Notes under the pieces: generated by a model | The model's input: the letters and a program-made list of their open reading frames with translations, nothing else | Database searches by the model: none | What the model was told of the DNA's origin: nothing | In this document: positions 28,245 through 40,269 of the stretch, piece by piece | How the letters are laid out: the number at the start of each line of letters is the position of its first letter | Numbering within the stretch: the stretch's first letter is position 1 | DNA from: an uncultured bacterium | Lineage (GTDB): Bacteria; Babelota; Babeliae; Babelales; Babelaceae | Direction of reading: 5' to 3' | Assembly: GCA_963713855.1 (NCBI GenBank) | Contig: OY970209.1 | Location: 256,001 to 320,000, forward strand | Length of the DNA stretch: 64,000 nt | Program-made: the position numbers and the translations under genes

Positions 28245-30731
28245 TTAATCCTGCTTATTGGCGGGATGAAATGCCATGTCTAAAATAAGAGCTAGCACTT
28301 CAGCGGGAATTGCGGCAGCAAATTCATTTCCTGTAGCTGCCAGAACGCCGCCAAGTGAGTTTATCACTGATTGATTATTTGCTTGCGTGTTTGTCTGTCG
28401 CATATGCCCAATGAGAGCAAGACTTTTAAATATGCGATCTAAGGCAGCTTTATATTCTTCTGACAGGCCTTCCTCAGATAACCGTGATCTTGCAAGCCTT
28501 CCTGACCTACCTATATCAAGCCCCAGTTGCCCGTGGTCAGTATCAGTAAACGCGTGTTGTAATATATACGCGACTATCTCTTCTGAGCCTCCTAAAACAG
28601 CGTTTTCTAAAGCGTCATTTAACGCGCTTAAAAAAATATCTGGAGTTAAAGTAGCTTGCGCAAGCTGATACACGTTCTCAAAAAAGGAAAGATTTCGAGG
28701 GTCAGTTGCAGAAACACGCAAGGCATCTTGCATTATGTGTTGCATTCTTTCCTCAATTTTCTCGTCTACTAAAGGACACATTTTTTCAAAATCGTCCCAG
28801 TTACCTTCAACCGCAGCGTTATGCATATCTTCTTCTAAGCTTTCGGGCGTTACATAGGCACCAACCAGATCCTCGCCTAAGACAACCGAAAGGTCATGAA
28901 GACGGCTAGCGGTTCTAAATTCTCGCGGCATATCTTCATGATCAAGAAATACTCTTAAACGTTCTAGTAATTCAACCAATTCAAAATCAACATGACGTTC
29001 AGGATAACGCATCTTGCGATCATGTTCATGAAACAGTTCTGGAACATTTTCAACTATACAAGCAATAATTTTGTCACGACCCAGTCGAGCAGAGCGAAGT
29101 ACAGTTTTTTTTGAAATATCTAAAAGCCTCGCTCCCAAGACATCAAATGCTAATGGGCAGAATTCTTTTACAAAACGGGCGTTACCGGCTAGTAAAAAGG
29201 CGCGCTCAACCTCTCGGTCAAACAATTTCTTTTTTAAGAGGTTTTTTATTTTTATAAACGTGCTCCAATTTCCACGAATGGCCGCACTGATTAAAGCCTT
29301 CTGTAAAGCTCCATCTCTATAATCTCTCAATCCTACACTGTCCAGATTCGTAACCAAATATGTTTTGAAATTATCAATTATTGTATCAACCAATTCTTTA
29401 TATCCAAGCGCGATAGCAAGTTGTAAGCCACGACCCAATTGCCGAGCGTCCAACAATTCATCACCATAATAATAACGGCCTGAGATGACATTTGCCTCTG
29501 CAAAAAACCCGCCTATAATAGCGCTTAGCAGCGTTTTTCCTTCGGCATTATACAATGTTACGAGTGCATGCCTATTTGCATCACTCATCTCTGCCCCATG
29601 AATGACTAACCATTCGGCTAACTCTTTATGCCCATATATGAGCGCGATATCAAGCAGACTTTTTTGCTTACCATGGGACGTACCACTAATAGGAACACCC
29701 CATTCTAAAAGTCTTTCTATAGAAAGTTCGTCACCAAAATGGGCCGCTAGGTCAAGAGCATTGTAAGGTCTCGAGGTGGAAGTTAAAGCAAATGGATTTG
29801 CCCCGTGGTCCAACAGCTTTGAGAGCATCCTAGGATTTCTATTTGCAACAGCAACATGTATAGGGGCATAACCTTTATCGTTTCTGACGTTGACATCAAT
29901 GGGACGTTTTAAAAGAAGATCAACCACATGCGGATTACATTCCAAAACTGCCATGTTAAGCATTAAAATGAGAGAATCAGCATGATAATTTGAATCATCT
30001 TTTAAGAAAAGTTTTAAATTTTTAAGACAATGCTCTGAATCTAACGCAGAAGCAAACAGCGCCAATGATAGCATGTGAGGATCAAGGCAACTTAATATTA
30101 ATACCGAAATATCGTGATACCCCCGTCTATTTGCAATTCGAATGGGAGATTCGTTATTATTTACTATATTTACGTCTGCGCCACTTTCAATGAGAAATCG
30201 AGCAACATTGGTGTGACCTCCAAGCAGTGCATCAATTAAAGCAGTGTTTCCTTGACTATTAACGGCATTTAGATCCGAGTTCTCGCCTATGAGCCATCGC
30301 ACCACTTCCTCATGGCCAAACTGAGCTGCAAACTGCAAAGCGGTACCCCCTAAGTCCGTTCGAGAATTGACCGAAGCACCGTTTTTTACAAGCATTTTTA
30401 CCACGTCAAGATGGCCTTCTTCTGCTGCTAAGTGTATGGGCTGGATTCCTTGACGCCTACTGCGAGCATCCGGTCGCGCACCAAGACTTATGAGCAATTC
30501 AACCATAGAATGACGACCTTCGAATGCGGCCACGTGAATAGCTTCATAGCCCTCGACAGTATTGGGAGCATCTATCCTCGCTTGACGCCCTGTAAGCACT
30601 ATAATGCTATCATCCTGGCCTTCCTGCGCTGCTATATATAAAGAATCGTTTTCCTCAACCTCGCTTTGCTTCTCCATGCCCATTAAGCTAGAAGTTGCAA
30701 CCAAAAGTAAGAAAATGTATGTCCTCATCAA
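28245..30731 (-). CDS. Exported ankyrin-repeat protein with C-terminal F-box-like motif
   Basis: Signal peptide; many G.T(A/P)LH.AA..G...V..L repeats; ends IPAEVLALILDMAF. Confidence 0.9.
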   Translation of the reverse strand: MMRTYIFLLLVATSSLMGMEKQSEVEENDSLYIAAQEGQDDSIIVLTGRQARIDAPNTVEGYEAIHVAAFEGRHSMVELLISLGARPDARSRRQGIQPIHLAAEEGHLDVVKMLVKNGASVNSRTDLGGTALQFAAQFGHEEVVRWLIGENSDLNAVNSQGNTALIDALLGGHTNVARFLIESGADVNIVNNNESPIRIANRRGYHDISVLILSCLDPHMLSLALFASALDSEHCLKNLKLFLKDDSNYHADSLILMLNMAVLECNPHVVDLLLKRPIDVNVRNDKGYAPIHVAVANRNPRMLSKLLDHGANPFALTSTSRPYNALDLAAHFGDELSIERLLEWGVPISGTSHGKQKSLLDIALIYGHKELAEWLVIHGAEMSDANRHALVTLYNAEGKTLLSAIIGGFFAEANVISGRYYYGDELLDARQLGRGLQLAIALGYKELVDTIIDNFKTYLVTNLDSVGLRDYRDGALQKALISAAIRGNWSTFIKIKNLLKKKLFDREVERAFLLAGNARFVKEFCPLAFDVLGARLLDISKKTVLRSARLGRDKIIACIVENVPELFHEHDRKMRYPERHVDFELVELLERLRVFLDHEDMPREFRTASRLHDLSVVLGEDLVGAYVTPESLEEDMHNAAVEGNWDDFEKMCPLVDEKIEERMQHIMQDALRVSATDPRNLSFFENVYQLAQATLTPDIFLSALNDALENAVLGGSEEIVAYILQHAFTDTDHGQLGLDIGRSGRLARSRLSEEGLSEEYKAALDRIFKSLALIGHMRQTNTQANNQSVINSLGGVLAATGNEFAAAIPAEVLALILDMAFHPANKQD

Positions 30732-30766
30732 ATACCTAAAAAATAGACGAATAAAATAACCTATTT

Positions 30767-32938
30767 TTAACCATGCTTATTGGCAGGCCTAAAAGCCATG
30801 TATAAAATAATGGCTCGCACTTCAGCGGGAATTGCGGCAGCAAATTCATTTCCTGTAGCTGCCAGAATTCCTCCTAGAGAATTTACCACTGACCTATTAT
30901 TTGCTTGTCTGTTTGTCCGTCGCATGCGCCCAATAAGAGCAAGATTCTCATGTATGCGTATCAAAGAGGCTCTGTATTCTTCAGGTAATCTTTCTTCACC
31001 TAACCTCAATCTAGCAAGACTTCCGGCCCTACCAACATCAAGCCTAAGGTCACCACGCACGGTATCGGTAAATGCGCTTGCTAGTATAAAAGATACAATT
31101 TCTTCGCTGCCTTGAAGCGTTGCGCGAGCAAGAGAGTCATTTAAAGCCAATTCTAATTCTTCTCGGCTTAATAAGCCACTAGCTGAGCGATAGAGTTCTT
31201 GAAAAAGAGAAACGTCGCCCGAAAGTGTTGCGCACCATAATAAAGCACTGCTCAAGATTTCACGAAGCGTTTTAGCGCCTGAAGTCGGCGCTTCGGACGA
31301 AGATAAAACATTGCACAACATGTCAGAAAGTGTTTCATTACAACGATCTTCTACTAAAGCGTAAAGTTTTTGAAAAAGTTTCCAATTGCTTCGAGCAACC
31401 GCGCTTATTAAAGCTTGTTTTAAACTGTCAAGCGTTAGGTGTTCTTTATATTCCGTAATCATTGTTTCAATAACCTCTTCACGCCCTAAAGCAACTGCGA
31501 GAGGCAATCCAAGGTTTAATTCAAACTCTTCCAATATTTCGCCGCTATTACGTTCTTGATCCAAATATTTTTTTGCATACTCCGTATCGTCGCCTATAAT
31601 TGCAGAAAGAAGACATTTTCCAAGTGTGCCATAATAAAGTGTCAGCGCCAATCTGCTCACTTCATTCAAGTGTGCACCATGCGTAAGTAGCCATTCAATG
31701 AGTCCAGGATTCTTTTGCTCTAAAGCAAGACGAATCGCATCTTTCGTTTCAATAACGGAAACGCTATTAACCGAACCTCCCCACGCTAAGAGGGTCTCTA
31801 GAGCTGTTAGCTGACCTTTTAAAATTGCTATACCAACCGGATTAAGCATATCTAGGGTAAATGCTTCCGGAACATGCACGCTCGCTCCAGCTTCTAAGAG
31901 CCGCAAAAGAATTTCAGGAACTTCATGTGAGGCTGCTATATGTATAGGAGCAAAACCTTCTTTATTTCTTAAGTTAACATTAGCTTTATGATTTAACGCC
32001 AATCTAACGATATTGGACTTTTTCTCTTTAACCGCAAAACAGAGCAATGTGCGGTCTTTTTCATCCGGAAGATCGATAGGAATCCCATTTTTGAGAAGTA
32101 ACTCTAGTTGAGTCGCTGGTTCATTTACATCTAAAATTCTCTGTAATGCTTTTATCTTCGAATTTGCATCAAGACCTTTTAAGATAAGATCTATTATGAC
32201 AGCACCCAAATTGCGGTATTGAGCAATTGCCATTGGTGTGGTTCCACTCGCATTAGAAGCATTTATCTCAGCGCCATTCTCAAGCAAATATTGAGCAACG
32301 TCTTGATGACCCTCTAGAAGAGCGTTGATCAAAGCAGTATTTTGCTCATTATCTGCTGCATTAATATCCGCCCCTTGACCTAGAAGCCATCTTACCATTT
32401 GTAGATGACCTCCTTGAGCAGCAAGTATTAGGGGAGTTGCTCCTAAGTCTGTTCGAGCATGTACTGAAGCTCCACGTTCTACAAGATACTCGGCAACTTC
32501 ATAGCGTCCCGCTCTAGCTGCAAAGTGTAGAGGATGGATGCCAAATTTGGTGCTTCGAGCTGTGGGACTCGCGCCAAATCCAATGAGAAGTTTTAGCGCA
32601 TTAAGATTACCTGTTGACGCTGCTACATGAACAGCCTGATAACCCTCAGACCCATTAACAGCATCAATAACGGCTCCTTTCATTTTAAGCATCGTCACAA
32701 TACGAATATGCCCATATTGCGCAGCAGTATATAAGGGAAAAACGCCTGCGTCATTTGGCTCATTAACATCAGCGCCCATTGCAATAGCAATCGCAAATGT
32801 CTCTTCGTCACCATTATTTGCAGCGCCAAAAAGCAAACCTTTGACCACGATCTTTATATTGTCTTTTTTAGTCTCCATGCTTTGCAAGCTAAAAACAGCG
32901 CTTAATGCCAAGAAAAAAAAATGGTACGGTTTTATCAT
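30767..32938 (-). CDS. Exported ankyrin-repeat protein with C-terminal F-box-like motif (tandem paralogue)
   Basis: Start reassigned to ATG 32938 (MIKPYHFFFLALSAVFSLQSME); ankyrin repeats; C-terminal about 100 aa closely similar to 28245-30731. Confidence 0.9.
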   Translation of the reverse strand: MIKPYHFFFLALSAVFSLQSMETKKDNIKIVVKGLLFGAANNGDEETFAIAIAMGADVNEPNDAGVFPLYTAAQYGHIRIVTMLKMKGAVIDAVNGSEGYQAVHVAASTGNLNALKLLIGFGASPTARSTKFGIHPLHFAARAGRYEVAEYLVERGASVHARTDLGATPLILAAQGGHLQMVRWLLGQGADINAADNEQNTALINALLEGHQDVAQYLLENGAEINASNASGTTPMAIAQYRNLGAVIIDLILKGLDANSKIKALQRILDVNEPATQLELLLKNGIPIDLPDEKDRTLLCFAVKEKKSNIVRLALNHKANVNLRNKEGFAPIHIAASHEVPEILLRLLEAGASVHVPEAFTLDMLNPVGIAILKGQLTALETLLAWGGSVNSVSVIETKDAIRLALEQKNPGLIEWLLTHGAHLNEVSRLALTLYYGTLGKCLLSAIIGDDTEYAKKYLDQERNSGEILEEFELNLGLPLAVALGREEVIETMITEYKEHLTLDSLKQALISAVARSNWKLFQKLYALVEDRCNETLSDMLCNVLSSSEAPTSGAKTLREILSSALLWCATLSGDVSLFQELYRSASGLLSREELELALNDSLARATLQGSEEIVSFILASAFTDTVRGDLRLDVGRAGSLARLRLGEERLPEEYRASLIRIHENLALIGRMRRTNRQANNRSVVNSLGGILAATGNEFAAAIPAEVRAIILYMAFRPANKHG

Positions 32939-33124
32939 GATATCTACACATCTCTGCTTAAAAATAATACAATTATCATACGTAAATGAATTTCTGTCAA
33001 AAAGGCGACATAAAAACACGCCTATCTTAAAAAAAACAGACTTACTGGGTTGCATTCCTAAGAGTTTATTTTAAGCTATTTAAAAGTTCGCCGTTTTTTG
33101 ACCATTATTAAGGAAAGTATTTTT

Positions 33125-33745
33125 ATGAATTACGCTTTCAAAATGATTTTTTTAACAATCACGCTCTTACCTATCTTCTCGTTTTCTTCTGAGCTGCGAG
33201 ATAGCACCGCTCAAGAGTTAGACAACATCTTTTTTTCCAAGTCTGTCATGGACACCACTAAAGTTCAATTCGACTTCACTAATTTCGAAGAAATAATGAA
33301 ATATATGGGATGGTTTTTCAATCTTCATGCATCGCATCAAAAATATGTAGTTAACATCTTGAAGCATCAAATAGCGATTCGGGAAAGTAAAGCATTAGAA
33401 ATATTTAGCATTGACGAACTAAAAGCGTATGCGGTTTACTTACAGGAACTTCTACAAGACAAATTGAAAGAGCACGTCTTATTATTGGCAAATAGAAAAA
33501 ACGCAAGTACATTTTTAGCGCATTCTCTGGTTGTTATGCTTTTTTCCGCAGCGTTACTCGCGCATGGCATGAAAGCAAAGATCGGCGTAGCTTCTGTAGC
33601 TGCGGTGCTTGCGGCTTATAAAGCCTTTGATGCTATGGGCCTTCAAGACAAAGATATAACCGCAACGCTTACGGAAAACCTCTACGAAGAAACAATGGCC
33701 TTTATATACGAAACAATAGAAAAACGCTCAAAGAAACTTTCTTAA
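33125..33745 (+). CDS. Exported protein with a C-terminal hydrophobic hairpin
   Basis: AAGGA RBS before ATG 33125; signal peptide; two adjacent TM segments near the C-terminus. Confidence 0.7.
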   Translation: MNYAFKMIFLTITLLPIFSFSSELRDSTAQELDNIFFSKSVMDTTKVQFDFTNFEEIMKYMGWFFNLHASHQKYVVNILKHQIAIRESKALEIFSIDELKAYAVYLQELLQDKLKEHVLLLANRKNASTFLAHSLVVMLFSAALLAHGMKAKIGVASVAAVLAAYKAFDAMGLQDKDITATLTENLYEETMAFIYETIEKRSKKLS

Positions 33746-33852
33746 AATAGCCATCTAGGCAGTACATGCATAAGCAAAGAGCGATTTGCGTTAAGCACAA
33801 AAAACGCTATGATACTTAATAAACTTAATAACTATTTTGTGAAAGAAAGCAC

Positions 33853-35070
33853 ATGCTTGGGCGTCTTCCATCTTTTATAGTATTACCTCTTTTGGGGCTA
33901 GCAAGCCTAGGCGGCTTTTATTACGCACGCTCGGCTTTTGATACCACGGCGCCAACCATAGCACTCAGCGGATTAGAAGCTGATCGTCATTACGCTGGCA
34001 CCGTACCCTGCTACATCAGATGCAAAGACCTGTGCAAAATACACGACATATCTATAATGCTTGACGATAAGCCATTAGTAAGCAATTACAAAGTTAACCG
34101 CTCAGAATGCGATTACCATTTCACTATCGCTTCAGAATCACTCCCCCAAGGCAAGCACAAGTTAAGAATCCATGTAACTGATAATTCACGCAATAAGAAT
34201 GAAGCGCTCAAAGAAGTTATTTTTTTTATCGATAACTTGCCTTTAGAAGCTGCAATTATAAAGCCTGATAAGGACTACAAAGTATTCCAAGGTCACGCTT
34301 TACACGTGCAATTTCAAGCTAATAAAGATATTCAAGAAGCTTACTTAGAAGCACTTTCTCAAAAGTATCCTTGCTTTCGTGAATCAATTCACGGTCCCAT
34401 TTACGAATGCTTTCTCCCGATAAAATGCGAAGAAGCTCCGAACGAGTATATTTTCTACCTCGTTATTGTCGATAAAGTTGGCAATAAAATTGTTTTGGAA
34501 AATAAGTTCCAGGTCATTATGTACCCATTTAAAAAACAATCCTTGACCATACCGGAAGAAAAAGTGAAAGAGGCAAAAGCTCAAGGGCTTCCTCAAAAAG
34601 ATCTTGAAAGCGAAGTAGAAAAAGCAACCGCTAGTTCTCCGGGAAAAAAATTGTGGCATGGAGCCTTTGATGTACCCATTGACATGAAGGGAATGTCGAC
34701 TGACTTTGGTACCTTGCGAACAACGCAAGATAGAGGTAGGTATAGGCACAATGCTCTTGATCTTCTTGGTGTTCCTCGCTCGGTTGTCTGGGCACCACAA
34801 GATGGTATTGTCGTCATCAAAGGGCTCTATGAACACAGCGGAAACACCGTCGTGTTAGATCATGGGTATGGCCTTTTAAGCTTATACTTTCATCTAGATG
34901 ATTTAGGTCCCGTTAACGTTGGCGATCTTGTCAAAAAAGGCAAAAACATAGGCAAAATAGGTAAAACTGGTTATGCAAGTGGCTATCACCTTCATTGGGA
35001 AATACGCTTAAATAACATTCAGGTCAATCCTACGCAATGGACTAAATACGACTTTATGAATCAAGTATGA
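33853..35070 (+). CDS. M23 family metallopeptidase with N-terminal anchor and Ig-like region
   Basis: HxxxD (HNALD), GNTVVLDHG.GLLSLYFHL and HLH (GYHLHWE) M23 motifs. Confidence 0.9.
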   Translation: MLGRLPSFIVLPLLGLASLGGFYYARSAFDTTAPTIALSGLEADRHYAGTVPCYIRCKDLCKIHDISIMLDDKPLVSNYKVNRSECDYHFTIASESLPQGKHKLRIHVTDNSRNKNEALKEVIFFIDNLPLEAAIIKPDKDYKVFQGHALHVQFQANKDIQEAYLEALSQKYPCFRESIHGPIYECFLPIKCEEAPNEYIFYLVIVDKVGNKIVLENKFQVIMYPFKKQSLTIPEEKVKEAKAQGLPQKDLESEVEKATASSPGKKLWHGAFDVPIDMKGMSTDFGTLRTTQDRGRYRHNALDLLGVPRSVVWAPQDGIVVIKGLYEHSGNTVVLDHGYGLLSLYFHLDDLGPVNVGDLVKKGKNIGKIGKTGYASGYHLHWEIRLNNIQVNPTQWTKYDFMNQV

Positions 35071-35600
35071 TTTCTAGGCAACAGAGTATTCCTGACGAAA
35101 CATCGTGGATAAAGGCGATAGCTTTTACCTGGTCTTCAAAAAAAAGATACGCTGCAACAGTTTCTGCTACGTTTATGCTTATCTTCGTCTCTTGGCTTAT
35201 AGCTTTTAAACAATTGGATGTTCGAAAGAAAAATGTACGCATATTAGAGCAAGAATGCATCATGCTAGAGCATGAAATGAGCGCTTTGAAAGAAGAAACA
35301 TCCCACCTTAAAAAATCCGCCCCTATTACTTGTCAAAGCGCGAGCACACTCCTTACGTGCTTAACGCACCTTTTAGAAAGTGCCGGAATTACCCTTGAGT
35401 CATATACTACCACCCAACGCAAAAAGGGATCTTGCTCCATAAAGCTTACAGTGACAGGAACGTTTGAATCATTTATGGATTTTTTAGAATCACTCAAAAA
35501 TGAAGTACAAAAGCTACAACTTAAAAATATTACGCTTACCCGTCAACACACGCTGCGTTTACAAGCACACATAGAGCTTCAATCGACGCCACTTATGTAA
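35067..35600 (+). CDS. PilO/GspM-like membrane protein
   Basis: One TM, coiled coil, then IKLTVTGTFESFMDFLESL, typical of the PilO fold. Confidence 0.6.
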   Translation: MISRQQSIPDETSWIKAIAFTWSSKKRYAATVSATFMLIFVSWLIAFKQLDVRKKNVRILEQECIMLEHEMSALKEETSHLKKSAPITCQSASTLLTCLTHLLESAGITLESYTTTQRKKGSCSIKLTVTGTFESFMDFLESLKNEVQKLQLKNITLTRQHTLRLQAHIELQSTPLM

Positions 35601-35611
35601 AGAGGTACCGC

Positions 35612-35815
35612 ATGAAAGTGCTTTTCTTTTTGATATTCGCCGCATGGACTTTGCCATTGAGTGGTATACGAAACCCCTTTTATTTTGGCAGCCAAGAAAA
35701 GGGCGAGCTTGTCGCCCGCGCATTCTTACATAAAAAGAAACTTGGACTTCGTATGTACGCCCAAAGTGAGGAAATTTGCGCCGAGACCTATCCAATAAAA
35801 AGCCCTTCAACTTAG
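35612..35815 (+). CDS. Small exported protein, possibly a PilP-like remnant
   Basis: AGAGG RBS; signal peptide; RNPF motif recalls PilP RDPF; follows the PilO-like gene. Confidence 0.4.
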   Translation: MKVLFFLIFAAWTLPLSGIRNPFYFGSQEKGELVARAFLHKKKLGLRMYAQSEEICAETYPIKSPST

Positions 35816-35958
35816 AAAGCTGAAGGGTTAGGGGGTGAACAGTACTGCCGTACTGTTCTTTAGGGACATTGTAGAAATCACTTTCTGTATCTGGAAGATA
35901 CTGTCTTTCTTAACACCTTGAGCGTAACAACCAATTATTTCGTTGTCAAGCACACAGC

Positions 35959-36744
35959 CTATTGTGCAATCGTTATGTTATGCAATAATTTTTTTTCATA
36001 GACCATAAAACCTACGTTGTAGTAGGGCATACGATAATGGGGGTTAGCATGAATACACTCGTAGAGGAGCTTGAGGGCATCGTTCACTTGTCCATTACTG
36101 TACATTGCGCATGCTAAACTATTTATTGTTGCTGCATTTGGGGATACCGCGTGTGCTTTTTGCAACCACTCGATAGCTTTTTTAGCATCCTTTTTTTCAA
36201 AAGCCATCATTCCTAAGTTGTGTGCAGCAGGAGCAAAATCGGCATGCTCTTGGAAAGCTTTTTCAAACATTTCTTGCGCTTTATCTTCGTGATGCATTTG
36301 GTATTCAAGAAGAGCCAAATTATTAATGATGTGGGGATTAGACGGTTCAAGTGCAAGTGCTCTTTCAAGGTAATCCTTAGCAGCTTCGAATGCCCCGTAC
36401 CCAAACATAAGTGTTCCGAGGTTGTAAAAAGCAACAGCATTTTTGCCTTCATCGCGCTTAACTGCTGCTTCAAGCTGCTCAATACCTTCCTTGGCCATGC
36501 CCTGCTCCGCAAGTAACGTGCCCAGATTTACCATTATAAGCGTAGAGGTAGGGTGAAGACCGAGAGCCTTTTTATACAATTCAATAGCTTTTATCGGTTC
36601 GTTATTGGACATCGCACCTTCCGCGCTTTCTAGATACTGCGCTGCTTGCGGCTTTACATGAGCCACCAATGCTTCTTTTGTATAGTAGAAGCATGGTGAT
36701 TTTATTGGAGTGGTCATCAATTCCGGCTGTTGTGTAGTATTCAT
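35959..36744 (-). CDS. Tetratricopeptide repeat protein
   Basis: About six TPR units (NLG...A...Y.KAL...P). Confidence 0.88.
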   Translation of the reverse strand: MNTTQQPELMTTPIKSPCFYYTKEALVAHVKPQAAQYLESAEGAMSNNEPIKAIELYKKALGLHPTSTLIMVNLGTLLAEQGMAKEGIEQLEAAVKRDEGKNAVAFYNLGTLMFGYGAFEAAKDYLERALALEPSNPHIINNLALLEYQMHHEDKAQEMFEKAFQEHADFAPAAHNLGMMAFEKKDAKKAIEWLQKAHAVSPNAATINSLACAMYSNGQVNDALKLLYECIHANPHYRMPYYNVGFMVYEKKLLHNITIAQ

Positions 36745-36778
36745 GAAAAAAAATCCTTCCTAGAAAGCTCTTAAATAT

Positions 36779-38373
36779 TTAAAAGAGCTCATTAATAACG
36801 TGGGCAACGTCTCTATGCTCAAAGCTCGTTACGGCTTTATAAAATGCTTCATCGTATGAGCGAGTCTCAATAACAACGGGCATCGCTACAGCGTGTCCAA
36901 TAATCAGAACCTGTTTTTTACTATCAAGCGCTGACAACACAGACCGTAATTGGGCTGCATTGCTTACACCCGTAATTACCGCAGCAATATCGCGTTCATC
37001 ATTCAATTGAGCAACAATTTTTGTACCTAGCTGTGATAAAATTTCAGCATCGATTCCCGAGGGCCGCTGATCCACAATAAGCAGTGAAACATAGTACTTA
37101 CGCATCTCTCGAGCAATCGTTGCAAAAATAGTTTGACGCGCTGCTGCAGGGTTTAAAAATTTGTGAGCTTCCTCAATAACAATCATGAGCTTTTTAGGCT
37201 CATCCTGAGGTGCATGGCTACCTAAAAACTTTTCAGTCTTTTGCGTATAAAGCGTATGTAAACGCCTTGTAATAATATTGGCTATAAGCAAATAGCAGAA
37301 GGTAGATGTATAATTGCCAAACTCAATGATAATAGATATACCCTGATTTATGTATGAAAGCATATCCTCAACAACATCAACGCCTTCCTGCTGTGGCACA
37401 AAAAAAGGAAGTCGTTCGATTTGGCGAAGTTTTCGGTATAAAGCCGCTATGGATTCAGGGTGCGCTCCAAGCTCTTGCGCAAATTCTTTAAGCCGTTCTC
37501 CCTGGCTTAATAGCACCGCTAACCAATCACGTTTATACCGAGCAGCCACTAAGTAGGCCGCTTCACATGCCGTTGCATGAAGATTGAGCTCATCTTGTAA
37601 AGAGAGCACATCTTCCACAGCAACCGATTGGTAGCTTAAGTTAAGAACAACATCTGGAGCACCTCCGCGTCTTCGCGTTGAAGCAGGGTCGAGCGAAAAA
37701 AGAGCAACACGGTTTCCAAAAAGCGTCTTTAACCCTTTTACAAAAGATTGCTTGGTCGATTCTTTGCGCGCCTGAAGGCCATACTCACTATGCATGTCGA
37801 AAATAAGTGTTACAGCTTTATCATTATGTATAAGGCCGGCAAGCAGTAACCGAGTTAAAAAAGTTTTACCGGTACCAGTTTTTCCAAAAACGCCTGTGCT
37901 CCTTTCTGTAAGCTTTTCAAGATTTATGCATACCGGCGTATCCATATCTATCGGGGTACCGAAATTAAAGTAACGCTTGCTTTCATCACGGTCATCACCA
38001 AAAATAAGCGCAATGTCACGCTGGTCAACCTCGCAAACTGGAGCAAAATGGAATGGTATCGTTTTTACGGGGCTTGGCTTTTGGTGTGCAGAAAGCATTA
38101 ACAGAGGCCTTAAAACCGCAAGGGCGTAAATATCTTTAAGGGGCAAAAACTGCTTTAAAAGTCGTTCATGCTCAGTCGGTGGAAAGAGCAAGATATCCGG
38201 ATTACTAACATCGAGCTTAAGATCGGTAATAAGCGAAAAAAATTTTCCCTGAGGAGTTACAATTGCCACAAACTTGCCAGCTTTAAGCTCTTGCATGTCG
38301 ACGTGCGGATCAATCCGCATCGTAAAACCTTCTTGCAAAGAACCGCTCAAAATGTGCCCAAGCACTTTATTCG

Positions 38374-38377
<4 letters not shown>
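36779..38377 (-). CDS. HerA/FtsK-family ATPase (HAS barrel plus DUF87-type domain)
   Basis: GVFGKTGTGKTF Walker A, IFDMHSEYG, IVIEEAHKFL, IAREMRKY.VSLLIVDQRPSGID. Confidence 0.88.
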
Positions 38378-40079
<1,702 letters not shown>

Positions 40080-40269
40080 TCAATTTTTTTAGTAAGGTAT
40101 TACTTTCTAAGCTTGAGTATAGGCAAATGAAAACTGTTTGGCAACGATCTAAGCGCTCGAAGCTACTCTAATTTCATGCTTTTACCAAAAGTTCAAGGTA
40201 CCCACCTCACTTGACGCTCATAAAACCCTCGATTATAATTCGCTAAAACCGCTTAACAAAGGAAATATC

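Noticed and set aside
28387..31115. Similar plus-strand ORFs 28387-28668 and 30780-31115
   Set aside because: Their similarity simply mirrors the conserved C-termini of the ankyrin genes on the opposite strand.
32913..32921. A9 tract in the ankyrin signal-peptide coding region as a phase-variation site
   Set aside because: It is in frame, encodes a Phe run, and similar A/T runs are common in this AT-rich sequence.
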